IMG/VR virus record: IMGVR_UViG_3300025534_000001 | From: a virus | Strand: one strand, 5' to 3' | Length of the DNA stretch: 53,466 nt | The notes under the pieces: generated by a model | Database searches by the model: none | What the model was told of the DNA's origin: nothing | Seen by the model: the letters and a program-made list of their open reading frames with translations, nothing else | Made by a program: the position numbers and the translations under genes | In this document: piece by piece, positions 23,485-31,077 of the stretch | Position numbering within the stretch: the stretch's first letter is position 1 | How the letters are laid out: each line of letters opens with the position of its first letter

Positions 23485-24302
23485 TTCTTTAACACCTCCT
23501 TTCGAAGACGGGCAAGCATTGCGGCTACTTCATAGCGTGTGACAGGCTGGTCTCCACGGAAAGTACCATCCGCGAAGCCTCCGATGATACCGGCTTCCTT
23601 CAGCTCCTTGACAGAAGCTTCCGCCCAATGACCTTTCGGAATATCCTTGAATACTTCGCTCATTTCCTGACCCTCCTCTCTGTACGGAATGCCGAAGTAC
23701 TTGAGGATCCCTTTAGCATGCTCTATACCGACTTCGCGTTGGAAGTCTTTGTTCAGCATAAGCATAGCTTCGCGTTCGTTGTCCATGAAGCCATTTTCGC
23801 TGAGAACAGCCGGCATCAGCGTTTCGCGCGTCACGTAAAGGTCTTGTTCAACAATACCACGATTCACTTGTTTGGTGCCATTTTTCAGTTCATCGAGAAT
23901 CGCCTGCGCGAGTTTGCCGGCTTCTTTGTTGCGCGTTCCGGGTTGGATGTGGACGGAAAAGCCACTTGGGTCCTTGCCTTCGCCATCGAACTTGCCATCG
24001 GACGCGTTGAAGTGAATGGAAACATATACACACTTGACATTGTCTTTGCCGTACTTGGCAATATACTCCTTGTATTTGGAATTCGCAATATTGACGCGCG
24101 AAGCCAATGGAGCATCATAATCCCCAGGTGCATCGTCAATGACGTCTACTCCGTGGCGACGCAGCTCTTCGGCCATAAAGTCGAAGGTCGGTTGGTTGAA
24201 TTCATGCTCGCGGATTTCCCGCCCCAAACTCTTAATGTACGGCGTACGTTTTCCAGGAGTAGTGGCACCATGTCCACCGCTCCCGACTACCAAGTACTTC
24301 AT
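23481..24302 (-). CDS. N-acetylmuramoyl-L-alanine amidase endolysin with a C-terminal SLH domain
   Basis: Amidase_3-like core (VSIHFNA...GF). C-terminus FKDIPKGHWAEASVKELKEAGIIGGFADGTFRGDQPVTRYEVAAMLARL matches the SLH motif. Confidence 0.85.
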   Translation of the reverse strand: MKYLVVGSGGHGATTPGKRTPYIKSLGREIREHEFNQPTFDFMAEELRRHGVDVIDDAPGDYDAPLASRVNIANSKYKEYIAKYGKDNVKCVYVSIHFNASDGKFDGEGKDPSGFSVHIQPGTRNKEAGKLAQAILDELKNGTKQVNRGIVEQDLYVTRETLMPAVLSENGFMDNEREAMLMLNKDFQREVGIEHAKGILKYFGIPYREEGQEMSEVFKDIPKGHWAEASVKELKEAGIIGGFADGTFRGDQPVTRYEVAAMLARLRKEVLKK

Positions 24303-24311
24303 AGGATCACC

Positions 24312-24638
24312 TCAGCTGTTTTGATTAAAGAGAAGTCCAAGAGCTCCCAAAATAATACCCCCGATAATAGTAGTTGCCGCCCAGAAGAAAATCTTGTGTA
24401 TGGCAGCAAATCGGCTATTGACCTCTTTATAGAAATTACGCCAGTCCTGCTCGTGTTCATTGAGTCTATGGTGTGCAGATCGGACTGATTGAAGCGCCTC
24501 ATTTGCTTTTTCCTTAATGGAGTCCACCTCATGCTGCAAATCCTTGATAACGTCCATCTTGCCTTCGAGCCGCGCGATATCTATACGTACGTTGGTCAGG
24601 ACATCCATCAATTGTTTGTTTTCGTTTGTGCCGCTCAT
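24312..24638 (-). CDS. xhlA: XhlA-like haemolysin/lysis accessory protein
   Basis: Coiled coil plus a C-terminal TM segment (IFFWAATTIIGGIILGALGLLF). Position matches PBSX xhlA. Confidence 0.7.
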   Translation of the reverse strand: MSGTNENKQLMDVLTNVRIDIARLEGKMDVIKDLQHEVDSIKEKANEALQSVRSAHHRLNEHEQDWRNFYKEVNSRFAAIHKIFFWAATTIIGGIILGALGLLFNQNS

Positions 24639-24929
24639 TAACGCACCTCGTTATGTTGCTTTATTCAAACTTCGAATACACGGTCTTTGTAGGTCTCGAC
24701 TTGTAGCCGCTCAAAATTTCGGCAAATATCTCAATATATTTGGCAAAATTCGGGGTTCCCCGTAGCGGCATTTCACTCTATGGTATAGCTCAGACCACCC
24801 CCAACAAATCAGGCCTGCCTATTCAGCAGAGCCTTACGCTTCATAATCAAATCCGGCGATTTGTTTATATTGCTCGGCTTGACCGCCGGTGCGATCTGTA
24901 TAATGAAGTCCTCTCTCGTCATCACGATT

Positions 24930-26834
24930 TCACTCCCATGAAACATACCGCAAACCCGTTGTAAAGCTATCTGTGCTGATATTGGTAAACAACGCTTTAG
25001 GACTAGCTGAAGACGGGTTACCAATCTGTAGTTGAATAATGCCAGTGCTACTTGTATAAATGGCGCTGATTTGTATTTCTGCATTAACGGTCGGGTCGCC
25101 AATGTACAAACCATAGCCATAGGTTAGGTTTGTCGGATATCCGACCGTGATGCTGTTAAACGGGTCTCCTTTATATTCAATGTTCCCGATTGTGAACGTA
25201 ACGGGTATTTGGAACGACCCCAAAAAGTTTGTCTTGGGCGGTGTGTAATTCGCTCGATAGATAATCGACGAAACATTGTTACCGGAGCCGGATCGGTTAA
25301 ATGTCAGGGTTGTACTACCTGTGGAAATCGGCGCATACGTACCGGTTATTCCGAACATCGTAACCCCAGACTTGATATTGGCCGGCGTGAAATTACCATC
25401 ATCCGTATAGACCCTTACAGTCCCGTCATGGTATCCTGCTTCCGGTGTCACATACAGACGCCCAGGTTGGCCTGTACGCGGTGCGCCATAATCATTTGTT
25501 TTGACTGGCATCGTGCCGGTTACCTTCGAGCCGTTAACATACGCCGTCCGGCCAGACATGATTTGTGCGGCTGTTGCGGTTGCGTCGCTTGTGAATGTTC
25601 CAGATACGCCGCCGACCGTCGTACCAGCCTTGATATTGGCCGCCGTCAAGTTGGTGATATTGGCCGTGACTGTGCCGCTGCCATTGTGATAACCTGCCGG
25701 GATTGTGTACGACGCCCCCTGCGTGGTCAAGGTTTGACTGACGGCTCCATTGTTGATCATGCTGCCGGTTACCTTCGAGCCGTTAACATACGCCGTCTGG
25801 CCAGACAAGATTTGACCAGCCGTGGCTGTTGCGTCGCTAGTGAACGTACCATCAACGCCGCCTACCGTCGCACCGGCTCGGATATTTCCTGCGGACAGAT
25901 TCACGATGTCAGTCGTGACCGTGCCGGTGCCGTCGTGGTATCCCTCCGGGATCGTGTATTCTTCGCCTTGTGATGTCAGCGTTTGGGAAACCGATCCGTT
26001 ATTGGGCATCGTGCCGGTGCGCTTTACTCCGCCCTGATAAAACGTCTTACCGGTCAAAACATCCCCAACAGCCGCGTTCGCGTCCTTGGAGATGTCCCGA
26101 ATTTTGCTTGACAGCTGCGCAAACGTGTCGCTTCCTGAAGCAGACTGTCCCATGTCAGTGATGGCGGAAGCGATCTGATTTTTCCCATCACTGACAGATT
26201 GCTTTACCTCATCAAGATCGACCTTTCGCGCCACATGATTGTCGGCCGTCGGCGCGCCGACTTCGAATTGTCCGCTCCCGTCCCGCTGGACGATGGTGTT
26301 CGGCGTGGCCTCACTCGTGGCGCCGTGGACGCCAGTAGTAGCGTTAGCGTGGTCTGTGAGCAACGACAGCAGTTCTACCAAAGCGGCAGATACATTAGTC
26401 GCCGTAAACCCGGGTGCGGAAAACGAAACATCACCGGCTTGTGCACTGGAAACTTTCGTAAAGTTGGTCCATACAGGCGGATCGCCAGGGATCAGAGAAC
26501 GTCTGTAAATTTCCTTATCATTGGCTGGGGTAGCGAAGAACAGTTGCTGCATATAAGAGTTATTGTCCTCGACATCATAGCGCAGAGTCAAAACTACACC
26601 TGCGGAAGCGGGCCAGCCAGTGGCGTCGTTGAGGCGCATTATGGACAACACTGCCTTGGGCCAATCGTTGACGTTGCTGACATCGGTGATGGCATTGTTT
26701 TCGGCGACATACGGAACCAACTTATCCAGTTTTCGCCAGTTGTCGTTCAGTGCATCTTCGATGTTAAAGTAGAGATCATGATCCGTGTCGGGATCGTACA
26801 TGAACAACTTCAACAAATTTGTCATGTTGGGCAT
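24930..26834 (-). CDS. Tail fibre / receptor-binding protein with internal 83-aa tandem repeats
   Basis: Position after XkdU. About 3.5 repeats of ..GTFTSDATATA.QI.SG.TAYVNGSKVTG.M..NG..SQTLT.QG..YTIP.GYH.G.GTVT... Confidence 0.8.
   Translation of the reverse strand: MPNMTNLLKLFMYDPDTDHDLYFNIEDALNDNWRKLDKLVPYVAENNAITDVSNVNDWPKAVLSIMRLNDATGWPASAGVVLTLRYDVEDNNSYMQQLFFATPANDKEIYRRSLIPGDPPVWTNFTKVSSAQAGDVSFSAPGFTATNVSAALVELLSLLTDHANATTGVHGATSEATPNTIVQRDGSGQFEVGAPTADNHVARKVDLDEVKQSVSDGKNQIASAITDMGQSASGSDTFAQLSSKIRDISKDANAAVGDVLTGKTFYQGGVKRTGTMPNNGSVSQTLTSQGEEYTIPEGYHDGTGTVTTDIVNLSAGNIRAGATVGGVDGTFTSDATATAGQILSGQTAYVNGSKVTGSMINNGAVSQTLTTQGASYTIPAGYHNGSGTVTANITNLTAANIKAGTTVGGVSGTFTSDATATAAQIMSGRTAYVNGSKVTGTMPVKTNDYGAPRTGQPGRLYVTPEAGYHDGTVRVYTDDGNFTPANIKSGVTMFGITGTYAPISTGSTTLTFNRSGSGNNVSSIIYRANYTPPKTNFLGSFQIPVTFTIGNIEYKGDPFNSITVGYPTNLTYGYGLYIGDPTVNAEIQISAIYTSSTGIIQLQIGNPSSASPKALFTNISTDSFTTGLRYVSWE
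25320..26070 (-). repeat. In-frame tandem repeat, period 249 bp (83 aa), about 3.5 copies, inside the fibre gene
   Basis: ccggttaccttcgagccgttaacatacgccgtc recurs at 25516 and 25765. Confidence 0.85.
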
Positions 26835-26837
26835 TTA

Positions 26838-27413
26838 TTATACCTCCTCTGTGGGTAAGGGTGTGACTACAGGTTCGAACAGTCCAAGTTTTTTGGTTTG
26901 CAGCTCACTGATGGTCATACCGCTGATTTCAGATATTTTCAGATACTGCCATTCATATACAACGACCAGATGCGCTGGTTTAATTTCCTCAATGGCTCGT
27001 TGTACGGCAGTGAAGTACTCAGGCACACCGAGCGATTCTACGAATATGACACGGAACCCGAAAATAGATGGATCTTCGACAACGTCAACCGCCTGTCCCT
27101 GCGAGAATGAGCTAGCTACGGCGCGAATGGTGTCTACGTTTACGATGCCTACACCTCTGATTTTGGTCTTGATGACGCCGCGGCGTAGTTCATATGTTTG
27201 ATCATGGTTCGTCGGAATACCACACATGCGCTCCCAAACATCTAAGCCCCAGGTTGCGGTATCAATGAACAATTGATTGCGGACGTCCAGGATATCATTG
27301 TACAGCTGTTCAAGAGCGTCACCTTCGCGTTCCATCAAATTGTTGACGATCCGTGAACCATTATAATAAATGGGCAAATCGTCCATCATGACTTGTGCAC
27401 GCGTTTTGCTCAT
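26838..27413 (-). CDS. XkdU/YmfQ-like (DUF2313) baseplate-associated tail protein
   Basis: Synteny plus the LP.YY......N.......D.....Y.....L......FIDTATWGL..WER pattern. Confidence 0.7.
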   Translation of the reverse strand: MSKTRAQVMMDDLPIYYNGSRIVNNLMEREGDALEQLYNDILDVRNQLFIDTATWGLDVWERMCGIPTNHDQTYELRRGVIKTKIRGVGIVNVDTIRAVASSFSQGQAVDVVEDPSIFGFRVIFVESLGVPEYFTAVQRAIEEIKPAHLVVVYEWQYLKISEISGMTISELQTKKLGLFEPVVTPLPTEEV

Positions 27414-28486
27414 TCGTCCATCAACCCCACATTGACGGTACCCAGCACGGCTACTTGTCCAGGTTGAACTTCCAGGTTCACAGTGTCATTGTTCATGGTC
27501 AGGTTCTGATAGTCCACAATCCGAGGAATGTCCAGAATAATACTGGCAATCCGGGTAATACGCACTAGCGGATCGGTAAATGCCAGTGCAGCCAAATACT
27601 CGCGAACAGCGTTCTCAATGTCTTCCTTGACTTGTTGCAAGGTAGTATCAGATGCCAGAGCAACATCGACACTAATGTCGATAGGGACTTCTTCAGCCCC
27701 TTCTACTGTTACAATAGCCCCTATAGGACGTTGTTCTTCGATGTAATCCGTAACATCCTGCAAAAGCTCAGGAGTAGGGGCGCGTTTATTTCCATCAATG
27801 ACGATGACTTTGACCGTAAGAGGACCGTCCCACAAAGGATATACCTGCGCATCACTGATGCCAGGTACTTCTTTAGCCCATTGCAGGTAGTGGTTTTTGT
27901 TACCACTCGTACCGGGTTGGCGAACACGCTGATAATATCGTGCGAGCAGTTCTTCGTCCGATTCACGGTCTACGCCGCCGTTAAACGAATCTTCGTTTAT
28001 GACATTGACAATACCGGCCAGATTGCCGACCACCACTGTAACGGCGCCTGCGGAGATGTTGCCTTGAACTCCGCCTTCGACTGCTCTGGCGTTGACGATT
28101 ACGAAGCCATCCGGTCCGATAGTACCGTTCTGAGTAGTTTCAAAGAGGACGGGTTCGATGGAGGTGGTGGACGCTCTTGTACCAACTGGGATAAAGGTTC
28201 CTACTGGCCCGGTGAACTTGAGTTGCCCAACAGCGCGAAGTGCGGGTTTGCGCTCAACACCCAATTCTGCGGTACGCATTTCCAGGAACTCACCGTTAGA
28301 GGTCTCAGCGAAGACCAACTCCAGTACATTGTCCAGCTCAATATATGCCTGCGCCATCTGAACAGCAGCTGGTGAAAGCATGTCCCACGTAATCGAGCCC
28401 TCACGTTTGTCAATCCCCGCAGGCGTAGCATCCAGCATCTGTTGGAGGATGGCTTGTTTGGTTTTGTCCTCGTATTTCCTCGCCAT
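27410..28486 (-). CDS. Baseplate J-like protein (XkdT)
   Basis: Size, synteny and the Baseplate_J-like pattern (GT.....A..V.A...G..GN). Confidence 0.75.
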   Translation of the reverse strand: MARKYEDKTKQAILQQMLDATPAGIDKREGSITWDMLSPAAVQMAQAYIELDNVLELVFAETSNGEFLEMRTAELGVERKPALRAVGQLKFTGPVGTFIPVGTRASTTSIEPVLFETTQNGTIGPDGFVIVNARAVEGGVQGNISAGAVTVVVGNLAGIVNVINEDSFNGGVDRESDEELLARYYQRVRQPGTSGNKNHYLQWAKEVPGISDAQVYPLWDGPLTVKVIVIDGNKRAPTPELLQDVTDYIEEQRPIGAIVTVEGAEEVPIDISVDVALASDTTLQQVKEDIENAVREYLAALAFTDPLVRITRIASIILDIPRIVDYQNLTMNNDTVNLEVQPGQVAVLGTVNVGLMDE

Positions 28487-28905
28487 TACAACGTCACCAC
28501 CAATTCCAGAATGCCCTGATTTGTAATTGCCTCAAATGTGACGTATACTGCATCTCCTTTGAAATCGAATGTGAAGTTCGTACAGTCCGTCACAATACCA
28601 TCATAGATAGTGGTCAGAGCTTCTTTAATAAACCGCTCAATTTCCGTCTGGAGGAGTTCTTGTGTGTGATCTCCTCCTATCAACGACTCCAGTTCCGAAC
28701 CATAGTTTGCCGAGTATATGATGTGCCGGAATCTGGGCGTGTAAAGCGCCTTCAAAATCATCTGGCGGACCGCATTTTTACCGTCCACCATCGTGCCGGC
28801 GAATTCACCAGTATCGAAGTTGAATTCATAGGTTTTGAGTGGCTGAATAACAGGCTCTACGATCGTTATCCGGGGCAAATTTGGTGTAAGTGGCGCCAAA
28901 GCCAT
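28486..28905 (-). CDS. XkdS-like (DUF2634, gp25/GpW-like) baseplate protein
   Basis: Synteny and size. Start-stop overlaps on both sides. Confidence 0.65.
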   Translation of the reverse strand: MALAPLTPNLPRITIVEPVIQPLKTYEFNFDTGEFAGTMVDGKNAVRQMILKALYTPRFRHIIYSANYGSELESLIGGDHTQELLQTEIERFIKEALTTIYDGIVTDCTNFTFDFKGDAVYVTFEAITNQGILELVVTL

Positions 28906-29393
28906 TATTCTTTCACCACCCTATCTAGTACTACGAAAAGCTGACCTTCCATGATTTCCATCAGAATTACTCGGTCGCCTTCTTTCAGTTCATCCATGAA
29001 CTCCAGTTCAACGTACTGCGCCTCGTTATTGGGAGTAGAGGCTTGTCCTTCTCCAGAGAACTGCAAGCTGTTGAAGGTTATTCCGTGCGTGTGCGAAGGG
29101 TCTCCAGCACTAGACATAGTTACTCCGATAGTAGGAGCTCCGGAAGACTGGAAGTTAGTCAAAGTCAGCTTGGGAATAGACAACTTGACTTTCCGTTTGT
29201 GATTCGTCAAGTGTTCCAATATAATTAAATCTTCGGCTTCCAGTTCGTCCTGCATATTGTCCAACTTAATCTTGATTTCAGGAGGTGCCGAAGTCACTGT
29301 TCCGAACTCTAGTCCTATATCTTTATTATACCCGAACTTCTGCATCAATTGCACGAACAAACTTGCACCAGTGCCTTCCAGTTGCTCTTCCAT
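28905..29393 (-). CDS. XkdR-like (DUF2577) baseplate spike/plug protein
   Basis: Synteny and size. Confidence 0.6.
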   Translation of the reverse strand: MEEQLEGTGASLFVQLMQKFGYNKDIGLEFGTVTSAPPEIKIKLDNMQDELEAEDLIILEHLTNHKRKVKLSIPKLTLTNFQSSGAPTIGVTMSSAGDPSHTHGITFNSLQFSGEGQASTPNNEAQYVELEFMDELKEGDRVILMEIMEGQLFVVLDRVVKE

Positions 29394-29407
29394 GATAGAC
29401 CACCTCC

Positions 29408-30430
29408 TCAGTTCTCGGAGTATTCGAGAGTGGGAAGTTCATCGGTGGCTGACAATTGCAGCGTCATGGTGTGAACACCATTTTCGTAAGTATGCGTGTC
29501 CGCCAGAACATAAAAGCCACCCCGAATCCCCGTCATCTTTTGTACGACATAAACTGACGAGCCCGCAACCACTTCATCCAGGCCAATAGTAACGATTTCT
29601 GCACGGTCTTCGATGACGTTCATTTGGGCGAGCAATTCCTTTGCTGTTTGTTTGGCTTGGGATTGCTTAACCTTACCCGAGAGAGATTCCAGATGTTGCA
29701 TCATGCCATACTTCTGGATGGATGCATCGTTCTTCTCCGTGATGTCAATGGCTGGATTCCCATTCTTGTCTTCGTTGGCCGTAACCCGAATGCGGTTGCG
29801 CATGTTCTCGATTGTCCTACTGTACGAAGCATCCAAAAGATTCACGCCGTCTTCGAACACGATCTTGCACAGACGGGATTTTCGTTCGCGGAGGCAGAGT
29901 TTGCCAACTTCATTCGTGATGACAAATTTCTTTCCCGTCTGTTTGCGGGTAGTAGTAAGTGCTGTGATCATCATATCCCACAGCGACATATTGCGAGAAA
30001 TTTGTTTTGGAATCACATAACCAGTATCTTCTATAACTCCCATTTCGATTCCGAACTTCGTGCAGATAGTTCTGACAATGTCCGAGGCCTTCTTCTTTCG
30101 GAAAACCTGCGTATCAGTGTTCTTGGTCAGGTAAATATTTCCGTCAAAAGCCGTGATGTTCATTTCGCCTGCGGCATTGATGTCGGTGGCGAAGATGATG
30201 CCGCGGAATTGTTCGGTGCCTTTGTTGAGGAAGCGGATTTCTTTGCCTTCCTCAAATTGCATATGCTGCTTCTTACCGTCCAGTGTGTTGATAATACGAA
30301 GGGACAACGTGCGGCTTGCTTGCATGATGTCCCCCGAATGTTGTATGCTGATGACAAGTGGACTAATGTCCACAATGTTTCCTGGGCCTTTCACGTACAG
30401 GACGGTTGCTTGAAATTTACCTTCATTCAT
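29408..30430 (-). CDS. XkdQ-like tail protein (late control gene D-like)
   Basis: Synteny and size (340 aa). Confidence 0.65.
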   Translation of the reverse strand: MNEGKFQATVLYVKGPGNIVDISPLVISIQHSGDIMQASRTLSLRIINTLDGKKQHMQFEEGKEIRFLNKGTEQFRGIIFATDINAAGEMNITAFDGNIYLTKNTDTQVFRKKKASDIVRTICTKFGIEMGVIEDTGYVIPKQISRNMSLWDMMITALTTTRKQTGKKFVITNEVGKLCLRERKSRLCKIVFEDGVNLLDASYSRTIENMRNRIRVTANEDKNGNPAIDITEKNDASIQKYGMMQHLESLSGKVKQSQAKQTAKELLAQMNVIEDRAEIVTIGLDEVVAGSSVYVVQKMTGIRGGFYVLADTHTYENGVHTMTLQLSATDELPTLEYSEN

Positions 30431-31077
30431 ACCGACAACACCTGTCCTGGATAAATGGTGTACGGTGCTTTGATGCCATTCTTGTTAGCAATCTCTGTGT
30501 ACCGGGAACCATTGCCGTAGATCTTTTCTGCGATGCGCCACAGAGAATCACCAGAGACTACGGTGTATGTTTTCGGTTGCTGTCTGGTGTCCGGTCGCTG
30601 AGTAGCCTGACTGGTTGCCACTGTGCTTTGACTAACCTCTTCTACGTTGCGGAGTTTGATGAACTTGTACTCCTTGAACGAGATCTCGAAGTATATGTCC
30701 CCGGGACTACCAGCAACCTCGTCATAGTTGAAATCCCGAATAGTGCACGCCAAGTTGATGGGAGTTCCCGTGATAGTAAGACGCATCGGATTTCCCGAAT
30801 CCTTCCAACGTTTCAGGGTGTAAACGGCTGTCCAAGGATTCGGAAGCGGCGAATATTCACAGAATGCCGGATTATAGATGGCTGGGAACTGTGAAGCGAA
30901 GGATATCTCATCCAGAGTACCATCGCCAATGACAGTGAATTCGCCCAAATCTACGACACTGATATCCTGATAAGAGTGCCCAGACGAGATACTGAGCCTC
31001 TCAGGATTCACAGGCAGGCGCAGACGCTCTGCCTGATTGTTAAAGGACAACCAGAACTGAAGAGTACTCTCAGCCAT
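30427..31077 (-). CDS. XkdP-like tail protein with a C-terminal LysM domain
   Basis: YTVVSGDSLWRIAEKIYGNGSRYTEIANKNGIKAPYTIYPGQVL matches LysM. ATG at 31077. Confidence 0.8.
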   Translation of the reverse strand: MAESTLQFWLSFNNQAERLRLPVNPERLSISSGHSYQDISVVDLGEFTVIGDGTLDEISFASQFPAIYNPAFCEYSPLPNPWTAVYTLKRWKDSGNPMRLTITGTPINLACTIRDFNYDEVAGSPGDIYFEISFKEYKFIKLRNVEEVSQSTVATSQATQRPDTRQQPKTYTVVSGDSLWRIAEKIYGNGSRYTEIANKNGIKAPYTIYPGQVLSV

